64,000 bases of DNA from Candidatus Zixiibacteriota bacterium (GCA_040752595.1 JBFMGX010000004.1:365346-429345); one strand, 5' to 3'. Positions 19,524 to 29,128 are shown, counted from the first letter of the stretch. Numbers and translations are program-made. Notes: generated by a model not told the origin, from the sequence alone.

Positions 19524-19732
19524 CGCGGACCTCCCCGGTTTGACGCCGCAGCATATGGTCCTTCTGTCCCGCCGTCAACCACAAACCGCACGATCGGCAA
19601 GGCGCCGCCGTTGTCGGGCGGCAAAAAAACCGGTTGAAGCGCTTGTGGATAAGACCGTATTTGGCATCCGGTGTCTCGTCATCCGAAGGGGTGTTCCGAG
19701 CCGTCCTTCGGCGGGCGCCGCAAGTAGAAACC

Positions 19733-19807
19733 GCCCCCGTGGTGTAAAGGATAACGCACCGGCCTCCGGAGCCGGTAATACAGGTTCGATTCCTGTCGGG
19801 GGTACCA
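19733..19807 (+). tRNA. tRNA-Arg (anticodon CCG), CCA encoded
   Basis: Hand-folded cloverleaf. 7-bp acceptor stem (G1-U72 wobble). D-stem GUGU/ACGC with GG in loop. Anticodon stem CCGGC/GCCGG with loop CUCCGGA. T-arm ACAGG-UUCGAUU-CCUGU. Discriminator A plus CCA. Confidence 0.85.
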
Positions 19808-19834
19808 CCGCTGGCAGCATGTCTTCTTGTCGGA

Positions 19835-21055
19835 TCACAGCCGCTGCTGATCCACCAGGGGTTTGATCGCGCCGATGAAACGCCGATTGAGCGCCCGGCG
19901 ATCGTAGTGCTCGGCGATAGCCAGTCTCCCCCTGCGACCCATCTGCTGCCGCTCTTCAGTATTCCGGACCAGTCTGGCGATTGCCTGCGCGATGGCTGAA
20001 ACATCGCCGGGTGGGGTCACAAGGCCACAACCGGAGCTCTCAACAATCTCGGCCGCTTCGCCGTCAACGGCGAGGATCACCGGCGTCCCCGACGCCATCG
20101 CCTCAAAGAGCTTTGAAGGAACTGCACCGCGGAAGAGCGGCAGGTTTTTCAGGCATACAAGCGTGCAGTCGAAAGCGCTCCAGACTGCGGGCATGTTTTC
20201 ATGCGGCTGCGTGGGGACACAGATCACGTTGTGGAGTCTGCGGCGCGCGATCTCGCTCAGAATCACCGTCCGAGCCGGGCCGTCGCCCACCAAGACATAG
20301 ACAACATCCGGCGTCAGTGCCGCCACCTGCGGAATGATCTCCAAGCCCTGCGAGAGTCCGAAGAGCCCGGCGTACCCCGCCAAGAATCGGTGCGACGCGA
20401 TTCCCCACCGACGCCGCCACGATTCGCTGTCCGGCTTCTTTTCAGGCACGGGTTCTGCCCCGTTTCCCCAATGAATGACCGGCACAGCAGGGACGCGACC
20501 GGCGATGTCGGCGACGATCGCCTGCGTTTGTCCCGATATCAGCGCCGACCGTCGATAGAGGAACTGCTCCATCGTCTTGAGGCAACGCATGATCGTGCCA
20601 TCGCGGAGTCCGCCCAGTGCGAGAATGCTGGCCGGCCACAGATCAGAGACATTCGTCACGAGCCGCGCCCCCTTGATCTTTGCCAACAGCCACGCGGTAG
20701 GGCCCAGAAACAAAGGTGGCGTCTCCCATATCACGACGTCGACGCGGGGTGCGCGGATCATACCAACCAGCAAAGCGGTGACTGCAAAGGAGAGAAACGA
20801 CATCATCCGCCACCATTTTCCCCGACCGTGGGTGAAAAGCCAAGCTCGGATCACCTGCACCCCCTCGTCGAGCTCGGTCTTCATGATGCGACCCTGATAT
20901 TCCGGGAGGATGCGACCTGCCGGATAGTGAGGCATGGCGGTCACGACGATGACGTCGATTCCCTCCTCCCGGCATGTGCGCACCAGCGCCCCCAACCGGT
21001 TCTGAGTGGCCCCGGTCTCGGGCGGGAAGAACTGTGTGACAAGCAAGAGTCGCAT
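19835..21055 (-). CDS. Glycosyltransferase family 4 (WcaI-like, GT-B fold)
   Basis: N-domain MRLLLVTQFFPPETGATQNR. C-domain EX7E region ...GLVTPPGDVSAIAQAI.... The longer listed ORF (to 21337) has no support upstream of M95. Confidence 0.8.
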   Translation of the reverse strand: MRLLLVTQFFPPETGATQNRLGALVRTCREEGIDVIVVTAMPHYPAGRILPEYQGRIMKTELDEGVQVIRAWLFTHGRGKWWRMMSFLSFAVTALLVGMIRAPRVDVVIWETPPLFLGPTAWLLAKIKGARLVTNVSDLWPASILALGGLRDGTIMRCLKTMEQFLYRRSALISGQTQAIVADIAGRVPAVPVIHWGNGAEPVPEKKPDSESWRRRWGIASHRFLAGYAGLFGLSQGLEIIPQVAALTPDVVYVLVGDGPARTVILSEIARRRLHNVICVPTQPHENMPAVWSAFDCTLVCLKNLPLFRGAVPSKLFEAMASGTPVILAVDGEAAEIVESSGCGLVTPPGDVSAIAQAIARLVRNTEERQQMGRRGRLAIAEHYDRRALNRRFIGAIKPLVDQQRL

Positions 21056-21208
21056 CTGTGCCCTTCTCGCTGGACGGGGTGAATATAGGCGACCGACACC
21101 GGCAGCGCAGGGATTCTCGTAAAGGGACTTGGCAAGTTTGAGGCGATCGATTTGCTTACAACCGATGGCGGCGCCTCGTTGCCCGCAGCACTTGAATGGG
21201 AGGTCCCA

Positions 21209-22723
21209 ATGACGAGAATCCAGCTTTCCAGTCAGATTGCCGGCGAGCCACCGAGCTTTCGCCTGCTCGCCGTCATGGTCCCTGAAAAAGCGGACGCCGC
21301 TCCGGCGTGGACACAGAAATTGCCTGCGGATCTGCAAGCCGCACTGCGCGCCGCGCTATCCGCCCCCGGTTTCAGCGCGAAGCTGGGTGAGACTTCCTTG
21401 GTCCATTCTGCAGGTGGCGCGTCCATTTTGGTGGGAATGGGAACCGGAACACCGACTGGTGAGACCGTCCGGCGCGCCTTTGCGGTCCTGATGCAGGCGG
21501 CAGGGAAGGCCAAGCAACTCCATGTGACCGCGCCCCTGCCGTCGGGGCGCGATGCCCGGAGCGTCGCCGAGAATGCCGTGGTCGGCGCGCTGCTGGGGAA
21601 CTACCGGTTCTCCACCTATCACTCCGATTCGACAAAGTCCAAGCATTCGCCGCCGGTGGAGACGTTGATTCTGTGGGAGCCCAATGGGGCCCGTCGCCGC
21701 GAGGCGGCTCGGGGACTCGCCTCTGGAGATGTGCTGGCTGAGGCGACGAATCGGGTGCGCGACCTGGCCAATACACCGGCCAACGATCTTCCTCCGGCGG
21801 CATTGGCGAAAGTCGCGTCGGGCTGGTGCCAGGAGGCCGGCGTGAAGTTGCAGGTTCTCGGGCCCAGCGAGATCGAGCGCGCGGGAATGAGGGCGGTGCT
21901 GGCGGTGGGCGGTGGATCGGTGCATGAGCCCCGATTCCTCATCGCTTCGTACCACGGTCGGAAACGGCGGGTGGCGGGAGCTCGAAAGCGCACGCCGCAG
22001 GCCGTCGACGTCGCTTTGGTCGGGAAAGGCGTGACGTTCGACTCCGGCGGCATCACACTCAAACCCGGCGCCGACATGTGGGAGATGCGCGGCGACATGA
22101 CCGGTTCGGCGGTGATGCTGGCGGCCATCTGCGCTGCGGCCAAGCTCAGACTTCCGCTGGATCTGGTGGCGCTGACTCCGCTTGTGGAGAATATGCCCTC
22201 CGGCGCCGCCTATCGTCCCGGTGATGTCATCCGGATGCTCTCCGGTCTCACGGTGGAGATCATCTCCACGGATGCCGAAGGGCGCCTGATCCTCGCCGAT
22301 GCCCTGACATATGCCCAACGGTACAATCCGCGGGTGATTGTCGATTGCGCCACCCTGACCGGTGCCATCCGTGTCGCCTTGGGAGAGGTACGCTGCGGCG
22401 TCTTCACGGAACACGATGTCCTGTGGCGGGCGATGGATCAGTGTGCCAGGGCGACAGGGGAAAAGGCCTGGCGGATGCCCTTGGATGAGGAGTATGACGA
22501 GGTGATCCGCTCCGAGATCGCCGACATGCGCAATTCCGGGAAGCAGTATGGCGGCGCCAGCGTGGCGGCGCGCCTGTTGCGCAAGTTCACCGGCGACTAT
22601 CCCTGGCTGCACATCGACATCGCCGGCGTCGACGTCGAGGATAAAGGGCAGGCTCTCTGCCCGAAAGGCGCCACCGGGTTCGGCGCGCGGCTGGTGATCG
22701 AATGGCTGCGGTCACGACGGTAA
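21209..22723 (+). CDS. pepA: Leucyl aminopeptidase (M17, PepA)
   Basis: NTPANDL, VGKGVTFDSGG, metal-site motifs NTDAEGRL, DCATLTGA. RBS GGGAGGT precedes ATG 21209. Confidence 0.85.
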   Translation: MTRIQLSSQIAGEPPSFRLLAVMVPEKADAAPAWTQKLPADLQAALRAALSAPGFSAKLGETSLVHSAGGASILVGMGTGTPTGETVRRAFAVLMQAAGKAKQLHVTAPLPSGRDARSVAENAVVGALLGNYRFSTYHSDSTKSKHSPPVETLILWEPNGARRREAARGLASGDVLAEATNRVRDLANTPANDLPPAALAKVASGWCQEAGVKLQVLGPSEIERAGMRAVLAVGGGSVHEPRFLIASYHGRKRRVAGARKRTPQAVDVALVGKGVTFDSGGITLKPGADMWEMRGDMTGSAVMLAAICAAAKLRLPLDLVALTPLVENMPSGAAYRPGDVIRMLSGLTVEIISTDAEGRLILADALTYAQRYNPRVIVDCATLTGAIRVALGEVRCGVFTEHDVLWRAMDQCARATGEKAWRMPLDEEYDEVIRSEIADMRNSGKQYGGASVAARLLRKFTGDYPWLHIDIAGVDVEDKGQALCPKGATGFGARLVIEWLRSRR

Positions 22724-22871
22724 TGGGGGGCAGAAGAGCAGGGATCTTTCGTGTGCCCGCGATCTCTGATCGCGGCTTTGTGATATGTTTCGATTGTCGC
22801 GCTTCGCGCAACCGCGATCGGAGATCGCGGCCACGCAACGTGGTCATGCTCCACGTATGACGAGGTGCACC

Positions 22872-23405
22872 ATGAAGACCGTACATCCTGGACGCTGGCG
22901 GGCGAAACTGGAGAAGGATCAGCCGGCGAAGATCGTCCCCGTCCCGCCGAAGTGGCAACGGCAGTATGGGCGGGGGACGATGTTGATCTCCCGCCCCATC
23001 GATGTCGATTGGCTCATCCGCAAGGTGCGCAAGGGACGGCTGACGACGCCGACCCTGATCCGGGAACGTCTGGCGCGCGACTATGGCGCCGAAAACGCCT
23101 GCCCGCTCTGCACCGGCATCTTCATCCGCATCGTCGCCGAGGCCGCCGAAGAGGATCGTCGCGCCAGGAAGGGACGCATCACACCCTACTGGCGCGTGGT
23201 GCAGTCCGATGGAAGTCTCTATACGAAGTTCCCGGGAAGCGCGGCGGCGCAAGCCAGGCATCTGCGCACCGAGGGATTCGTCATCGCCGCGGCGAAGGGC
23301 CGGAAACCGCGCTTCGACTGCGCTTGCCGTCGCAGACCGATCGTCGTCAGGATCCCGCGATCGGTCCCCCCGTGTTGGCCCAGCCGCGTTTCACCACGGC
23401 GTTGA
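22872..23405 (+). CDS. MGMT-fold DNA-binding protein of the alkyltransferase-like (Cys-less) type with N-terminal extension
   Basis: Helix-turn-helix region then ITPYWRVVQSDGSL, which aligns to the Ogt PCHRV active-site loop with Cys replaced by Tyr-Trp. Canonical Ogt (PCHRV) is encoded separately at 60906-61424. Confidence 0.5.
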   Translation: MKTVHPGRWRAKLEKDQPAKIVPVPPKWQRQYGRGTMLISRPIDVDWLIRKVRKGRLTTPTLIRERLARDYGAENACPLCTGIFIRIVAEAAEEDRRARKGRITPYWRVVQSDGSLYTKFPGSAAAQARHLRTEGFVIAAAKGRKPRFDCACRRRPIVVRIPRSVPPCWPSRVSPRR

Positions 23406-24996
23406 CCATCGGCGTTCCCGGAGGAAGCTTGGTGGGATCCAGAAGATCGGTGTCGAACTGCCAAACGCGATTCGGGGGATTGTAGTAGCCGCCGGTGCCG
23501 CCCCACTTGGCGGTTGCCTGCTCCGAATACCACATCTGCACCATCGAGCCGCTCCAAGTGAAGTTATCGCCGCTCCAGTTCTCGAGGAACCGCGGGAAGT
23601 TCTCGACCCCGCCCGAGTAGTTCCCGCCCACGCTGGCGACATTGCCGGTGATGAACGACACGTTCACCGTCGTCGGGTTCGCATTGCGATAGGTCAACGT
23701 CTTGGTGCTGTTGCTGTCCTGCCAGTTGGTCGACAGGACCGTGTAAGCGTCGGAGAAAATGGCGGCCGGCTTCTTGCTTGTGGAGTTGTAGTTCCCTTTC
23801 GTGTAGACCGGGTTCTCCGACACCACCGTAAGCCCCGACTTGAGCGACGAACCGTTGATCAGCCGGGTGGCCTTGAGGTTGCCGCCCGAGTAGGTGTCCT
23901 TCGTATAGACGATTCCGTTGCTCGGCCAATAGGCGCTGGTGTTCAGCTTGGAGATGTCGATGTCGCGGGCGTTGACCGTCTTGGCGTTGCGCCCGTCGTA
24001 GAATGACGACGTCGAAAGCACGCCGCTGGAGGTTAGATCGGCGGTCACATTGACCCACGAACCGCCGCTCTTGAAGTAGGCCTGTCCGTCAAGGATCTTC
24101 AACGTGGCCTTGTTCTCATAGGAATCCGTGTTCCCGGCCGAGGCGTCTTCGATGATGGCATGGGGGTCGTTGCTGGCCTCCAGGGGCAGGTTGAGGGACG
24201 TCATGCCGTGGTCGACATCCTGCACTTGACCGCCCCAGCGGTCCAGCGCCTTCTGCATCCACTGGCTCTCATTGTGATCCAGCCAGGTGCCGTCGGGGTT
24301 CCGCATGTCACGGTCCACCCCGTCCTTGTCCTTGATGCGCACATACCCGGTGCCGGTCGCCATTCCCGAGGCGGGATCACGACCGTGGTAGATGGACCCG
24401 GCGGCGGTCAGAAACGAGTTGATGGTCAGACCGTTGTTGGAGCCGAGATAGGTGTCGCCGTTCGAATGGACGCGCCCGGACAGGGTCATCACCGGCCCCG
24501 GGTGCCACTCCAGCACCTTGTCATAGAAGATCGCGAACTGGAAGATCGGGATCAGCGCCCGCTCCATCCGGATGCGCACCGAGTTCTGCACGCCGGAGGC
24601 GTCGGAGCGCGCGTACCCCCAGAGGTCGTAGTCTTGCACGAGGCCATACAGCCCCCGAAACGCCCCGGTCGTGAGATTCCGGGTCGTGGGCGTGCCGACG
24701 GCCAGGGTGGCGTACTGGACATGATAGCGGTCGAGAACGAACGAATCGACCGGCAGCGGGTTGGGCGGCGCGTCGGTGGAGTCGATGGCGGCGTTGAACA
24801 GGGCGTAGGCATAGTCCGCCGCCGCCTCGGCGGCGTAGAGGGCATTGACGTCCCGCAATTGGTACCCGGCCACGTCCATGTCATCGGACGACTTGTTGAC
24901 CATCGAGACGCCGAGGATGCCGAACATCAGAAGCAGCGCCATGCAGGTCAGCATCACAAACCCGCGTTGGTTGCGGAGAACAAACAGATGTTTCAT
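23347..24996 (-). CDS. pilX: Type IV pilus minor pilin/tip-associated protein with PilX_N domain (549 aa)
   Basis: N-terminus NQRGFVMLTCMALLLMFGILGVSMVNKSS matches the PilX_N signature. Long Gly/Asn/Thr-rich C-region. Last gene of the pilV-pilW-pilX operon. Confidence 0.6.
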   Translation of the reverse strand: MKHLFVLRNQRGFVMLTCMALLLMFGILGVSMVNKSSDDMDVAGYQLRDVNALYAAEAAADYAYALFNAAIDSTDAPPNPLPVDSFVLDRYHVQYATLAVGTPTTRNLTTGAFRGLYGLVQDYDLWGYARSDASGVQNSVRIRMERALIPIFQFAIFYDKVLEWHPGPVMTLSGRVHSNGDTYLGSNNGLTINSFLTAAGSIYHGRDPASGMATGTGYVRIKDKDGVDRDMRNPDGTWLDHNESQWMQKALDRWGGQVQDVDHGMTSLNLPLEASNDPHAIIEDASAGNTDSYENKATLKILDGQAYFKSGGSWVNVTADLTSSGVLSTSSFYDGRNAKTVNARDIDISKLNTSAYWPSNGIVYTKDTYSGGNLKATRLINGSSLKSGLTVVSENPVYTKGNYNSTSKKPAAIFSDAYTVLSTNWQDSNSTKTLTYRNANPTTVNVSFITGNVASVGGNYSGGVENFPRFLENWSGDNFTWSGSMVQMWYSEQATAKWGGTGGYYNPPNRVWQFDTDLLDPTKLPPGTPMVNAVVKRGWANTGGPIAGS

Positions 24997-25043
24997 CGTT
25001 CCCTCACTATCGACATGCATCCGGTACGGACATGCGATGAACC

Positions 25044-25970
25044 TTACTCCTGATTGCGAACGCTGACGACAAAGCCGTATTGCCGCCGACGGTACGCCTG
25101 ATCCATGATCTGGTCGACCCGGTTCGTACGGGCCATGATGCGCACCAGGACATTGCGAACCAGTGTCGGGGTGACCGGCGTGGCGAGCGTGTCGCCATCC
25201 TGCATGATATAGTCGAACTGCAAGTCCTCGATGTTCTCGGCGTACGGCTCGGGCGCGCCGCCGACCGGATGGCGGACCAGCATCGGATGGAGCGTGTCGG
25301 CACGGTCCAGGTAGTACGACATCTGGAGGATACGCGAGACCCGTGACCCGCTCGGATAGGTGCGCGACAGGGCGGCGGTGTGGGTCAATGCGGGGGGGGC
25401 GCTCTCGATGGTGGACACGGTGAAAAACTCACCCACGCCATTGACGGCGTCGAACACGTAGACACGCATGCCGGGAGAAAAGCAACTCAGGTCCGCGCCG
25501 CTGCAGACCAGATTGTCCGACACGGATGCCATCGATGCCGAGGTGCTCGCTTCGCATCCGGTCGCATCGAGGTTCGTGACCGTGATCGTATCCGGGTTGG
25601 AGTCCACTCCCGCCAGCGGATCGAGAGTCGCCGGCAGACCGAACCCCGCCATCCGCAGATGCTCCGAAAGCACGCGCATCGCCGCCCGCCCCGACTGCTG
25701 CATCTCGTTGATCTCATCCTGCATGACCGACTGGGTATGCAAGGTCAGGTAGGCGTCCATCGCTGCGGCCACGGTGAACAGTCCGATCAGGACCGCCGCC
25801 AGCAGCTCCAGTATGGTCATGCCCGCCTGCGCCCCGGCCCAGCTCCGGCACCGGGAGTGAACCGATCTTGTCCAACGCTTCAGTATTGACATGCTGCCGC
25901 TCCCCGTCAGTTCCGGTAGAGGTAGGTGATTGCGCGCTGACGACGCAGCACGCCCGTTTCGCTGTTCCAA
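25044..25970 (-). CDS. pilW: Type IV pilus minor pilin PilW-like
   Basis: Prepilin leader ...AQAG|MTILELLAAVLIGLFTV (class III signal, Glu5). The start may be the internal Met at 25892. Confidence 0.6.
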   Translation of the reverse strand: MEQRNGRAASSARNHLPLPELTGSGSMSILKRWTRSVHSRCRSWAGAQAGMTILELLAAVLIGLFTVAAAMDAYLTLHTQSVMQDEINEMQQSGRAAMRVLSEHLRMAGFGLPATLDPLAGVDSNPDTITVTNLDATGCEASTSASMASVSDNLVCSGADLSCFSPGMRVYVFDAVNGVGEFFTVSTIESAPPALTHTAALSRTYPSGSRVSRILQMSYYLDRADTLHPMLVRHPVGGAPEPYAENIEDLQFDYIMQDGDTLATPVTPTLVRNVLVRIMARTNRVDQIMDQAYRRRQYGFVVSVRNQE

Positions 25971-26302
25971 GTCACTTCAACGTAGACGCGCTGTAGCCCG
26001 TTCGGATCGGTCTCAACCCACCACTGGGTGTACATTCCCGTTTCCTCGTCATAACGGGAGCCGGGTGTGATCAGCGTGTCCGTCCGCAAGTGCTCGATTT
26101 CGTTCTGCAAGGCAATCGTCGCGTCTCCGGAATTCTGAGCCAGTTCATTGGCTTGGATGGAGATCGTGGCGAGGGGCAGAAGGGTGAGAATCCCCATCGA
26201 CAACATCAGCATGCCGGCCATCGCCTCGATCAGCGTAATCCCCGATTCCCCTGACCTCAGCAATCGTCGATAGATTCTCGGTCGATTCCTCGTCTTCAGC
26301 AT
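25907..26302 (-). CDS. pilV: Type IV pilus minor pilin PilV-like
   Basis: Prepilin signal ...SGESG|ITLIEAMAGMLMLSMGIL. Start taken at Met71 of the listed ORF (ATG 26302-26300). The upstream part of the ORF overlaps pilW in another frame. Confidence 0.6.
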   Translation of the reverse strand: MLKTRNRPRIYRRLLRSGESGITLIEAMAGMLMLSMGILTLLPLATISIQANELAQNSGDATIALQNEIEHLRTDTLITPGSRYDEETGMYTQWWVETDPNGLQRVYVEVTWNSETGVLRRQRAITYLYRN

Positions 26303-26897
26303 AGAGTCCTCACTGTCTCGCGCATCAAGGGGGAGTAAAATCGGTGCCGAAGACGGCCGGATGCCGCGGAAGGGCGATATTCCATTGTCAGGCCGTGCCT
26401 TAGACCGATCGCACGCCCCTGACCCATGCGGTGGTGTGGGACTTTGGCCGGTTGTTCCTGTGGTCGCGCCAGACCTCAGTGTGGGAGTGATCCCACAGAT
26501 GCGGATGGTCAACTCAGCGTGTGGGGGGTAGCCCTAAGGTGTTGTCGAACAATAAGAGCGACCGGTCGACTCATGCTGCACTCGAAGCACCGGCGACCGC
26601 CGATAGGCATCCTGAGTGGTTCTGAACTCCCCCGCAGGCCGAGCCGCGGGCAAGCAAACAGGGGAATGACCTCATCAGCCGTCCCAGCCAGAGCCGATGC
26701 CGAATTCATCCCTTGTCGGTGGTCTGTCGCCGGGACATGATGACAAAAGCGGAGCATTTTGTTGTTGTCTCAGCTTGTGAAAACCGTATCATTTTCGTGC
26801 AAGCGGCAACCCGCGCGCACGGTCTCCCGATGCGCGTTGTGTGCGTTGACGGAAAGGATGAGACAGACTTCATAGCCGGCAGTGAAAGGGGCGGTCC

Positions 26898-27305
26898 ATG
26901 CAATTCACCAAGGCGGAAGAATACGGACTGTTTGGGGCGGTGTACCTGGCCAAGCAACCACGCGGGGCGGTGATTTCGCTGTCCGAGATCTCCGACTCAC
27001 AGCAGGTTCCCGACAAGTTCCTCGCCAAGATATTCCAGAACCTGACGAAGGCGGGGATTCTGCGCTCGCATCGCGGCGTTCGCGGCGGGTTCTCTCTGAA
27101 CAAGCTGCCGCGCCGCATCTCGATCGGTGAAATCCTGCAGGCGATTCAGGGCGACACCGACCCCGTCAAGTGCGTCAATGACGGTCAGCCCTGCGTGAAG
27201 AAGGGGGACTGTGCCATTCGCGACCTCATCCTCGAGGGGCGCCGGCACATGTTCTCCTACTACAACAAGCAGACTCTGCAGGAGTTGTCGGACAGGTATC
27301 GTTAG
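26898..27305 (+). CDS. Rrf2-family transcriptional regulator (IscR/NsrR-like, three Cys cluster ligands)
   Basis: wHTH ISLSEISDSQQVPDKFLAKIFQNLTKAGILRSHRGVRGGFSL. C-x6-C-x5-C near the C-terminus (VKCVNDGQPCVKKGDC). Confidence 0.8.
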   Translation: MQFTKAEEYGLFGAVYLAKQPRGAVISLSEISDSQQVPDKFLAKIFQNLTKAGILRSHRGVRGGFSLNKLPRRISIGEILQAIQGDTDPVKCVNDGQPCVKKGDCAIRDLILEGRRHMFSYYNKQTLQELSDRYR

Positions 27306-27309
27306 GCGA

Positions 27310-27622
27310 GACGGGCGGCCACGTAGGGCCGCCCCTACGTGCGTTCTCGGATTCTCAAGGGGCGGGGTTTCCCCGCCCCGATTCTTTCTGATTCGCGTGC
27401 GGGGTTCGTGTAGGGTGCGGCGACCGCGCCCCTGCGATTCTTGATTCCAGACGGTGTCGCGCAAGGGTAGGCCTGTGTGCCTGCCCCATTGCTCCCCACA
27501 GCTGACGCCGTGGGCTACGGTCTTTCCCCCCGTCGGGGCTGGTCAAGACGGGCGGCCACATAGGGCCGCCCCTATGTGCGTTCTCGGATTCGCTGGGGCA
27601 GGCCTGCGTGCCTGCCCGACTG
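27310..27622. repeat. REP cluster including a duplicated ~45-bp unit (GGCGGCCACRTAGGGCCGCCCCTAYGTGCGTTCTCGGATTC) at 27310-27355 and 27548-27593
   Basis: Perfect 20-bp palindrome ACGTAGGGCCGCCCCTACGT. Hairpins GGGCGGGGTTTCCCCGCCCC and GGGCAGGCCTGCGTGCCTGCCC. Only two direct copies, so this is not a CRISPR array. Confidence 0.55.
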
Positions 27623-27625
27623 ACC

Positions 27626-29059
27626 TCAGCCCAATGCCAGTTTGCCCGAGCGGCGGTTGATGCGGGTGGGGTACCGACCGGAGAAGCAGGCGGTGCAGAA
27701 CGAGTTGGCGGGGTGGGTCGAGAGCGACAGCATGCCCTTCAGCGACAGGTAGCCGAGCGAGTCGACGCCCAGGTGTCGGCGGATGGCATCGACCGAGCGT
27801 TGCGATGCGATCAACTCTCCCTTGGTGGGCATGTCGATGCCATAAAAGCAGGGGGAGATGATCGGCGGCGAGGCGATGCGAAAGTGGACTTCGCGTGCCC
27901 CGGCGGCACGGATCATGCGCACCAACTTGCGCGCGGTGGTGCCGCGCACGATGGAATCGTCGACGATCACGACACGTTTGCCGCGCAGCACGCCGCGGAC
28001 CGGGTTGAACTTGATCTTCACGTCGAGGTCGCGCAGTTTCTGGTCCGGCAGGATGAAGGTCCGCCCGACGTAGTGGTTCCGGATCAGTCCCACTTCCAGC
28101 TTCAGTCCGGACTCTTCGGCGTAGCCGAGCGCCGCCGTGTTCGAGGAATCGGGGACGGAGATCACGATGTCGGCCTCGGCGGGGTGCTCGCGCGCCAGTT
28201 GCCGTCCGAGGCGGCGACGCACCTTGTCGACGTTTTCCGTGAAGATCATCGAGTCGGGACGGGCGAAATAGATGTGCTCGAAGATGCAGAAGGCCCGTTT
28301 GTCGGTCCTTGGTAGAAACGACGAGCGCAGCCCGTGACGCGAGATCGCCAACACTTCGCCGGGAGCGATGTCGCGCACGTAACGGGCGCCGATGATGTCG
28401 AACGCGCAGGTCTCCGAGGCCACGACCCAGGCGCCGTTGTACTTACCGAGGGAGAGGGGCCTGAATCCGAGAGGGTCACGGGCGGCGATCAGCTCTTCCT
28501 CGGTGAGAATGACAAAACAATAGGCACCGACAAAGCGCGAGAGCGCCTCCGCGAGCTTGGCCGCGGTGCCGCGCTTCCGGGAACGAGCGTACAGATGAAG
28601 CACCAGCTCCGAGTCGGACGACGATTGGAAGATCGCCCCGCCCTGTTCCAGGTAGGTCTTCAGCTCGCCGGCATTGGTGATGTTGCCGTTGTGCGCCGCC
28701 GCCATCTGGCGGTAGCGAAACTTCATCAACAGCGGCTGCGCGTTTCCCAGAGAGGACGATCCGGTGGTGGAGTAGCGATTGTGGCCGATGGCGGCATGTC
28801 CCGCCAGAGTCTGCATCACGTCGCGATCGGGAAAGACCTCGGCGATCTCTCCCATGCCCTTGTGCGCGACGATCCGCTCACCGTTGGAGACCGCGATCCC
28901 CGCCGATTCCTGGCCGCGGTGCTGCAAAGCGTACAGGCCGAAATAGGTCAATTCGGCGGCATTGCGCGTTCCGTAGATGCCGAACACGCCGCATTCGCAG
29001 GCCGGCTTGTCGTCTCGAGGGACGTCGGGGCGGGTGGGACCTTCAGTTTCTGCGATCAT
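27626..29059 (-). CDS. purF: Amidophosphoribosyltransferase (PurF) with short propeptide
   Basis: Catalytic N-terminal Cys in ...ACEC|GVFGIYG. Gn-AT II domain plus PRTase motif VVIVDDSIVRGTT. Start moved to Met15 (ATG 29059, RBS GGTGAG) because a promoter abuts the upstream ATG. Confidence 0.88.
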   Translation of the reverse strand: MIAETEGPTRPDVPRDDKPACECGVFGIYGTRNAAELTYFGLYALQHRGQESAGIAVSNGERIVAHKGMGEIAEVFPDRDVMQTLAGHAAIGHNRYSTTGSSSLGNAQPLLMKFRYRQMAAAHNGNITNAGELKTYLEQGGAIFQSSSDSELVLHLYARSRKRGTAAKLAEALSRFVGAYCFVILTEEELIAARDPLGFRPLSLGKYNGAWVVASETCAFDIIGARYVRDIAPGEVLAISRHGLRSSFLPRTDKRAFCIFEHIYFARPDSMIFTENVDKVRRRLGRQLAREHPAEADIVISVPDSSNTAALGYAEESGLKLEVGLIRNHYVGRTFILPDQKLRDLDVKIKFNPVRGVLRGKRVVIVDDSIVRGTTARKLVRMIRAAGAREVHFRIASPPIISPCFYGIDMPTKGELIASQRSVDAIRRHLGVDSLGYLSLKGMLSLSTHPANSFCTACFSGRYPTRINRRSGKLALG

Positions 29060-29099
29060 GAATCTCACCGGGCCTCGGAGAGGTCCCGGAGAAGCCGCC

Positions 29100-29128
29100 A
29101 TTTAAGCTGCAATCGCTGCCGCTGTCAA
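29100..29128 (-). promoter_or_regulatory. Sigma70-like promoter TTGACA-17-TTAAAT for purF
   Basis: Read on the minus strand. -35 TTGACA (plus 29123-29128), 17-nt spacer, -10 TTAAAT (plus 29100-29105). This would put the TSS about 34 nt upstream of ATG 29059. Confidence 0.35.

Noticed and set aside
21055-21337. N-terminal 94 codons of the listed glycosyltransferase ORF
   Set aside because: GT4 homology begins at Met95 (MRLLLVTQFFPPE). The upstream extension is Arg/Gly-rich and runs toward the tRNA.
21356-22612. 418-aa ORF on the - strand
   Set aside because: It is antisense to pepA, whose M17 motifs are unambiguous.
27310-27622. Possible CRISPR array
   Set aside because: There are only two direct copies of the 45-bp unit. 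The intervening sequence consists of palindromic REP hairpins rather than unique spacers, and no cas genes are present.
29060-29101. Upstream ATG of purF (ORF listed to 29101)
   Set aside because: A near-consensus -10 hexamer (TTAAAT) abuts that ATG. The internal ATG at 29059 has a proper RBS and still precedes the catalytic Cys.
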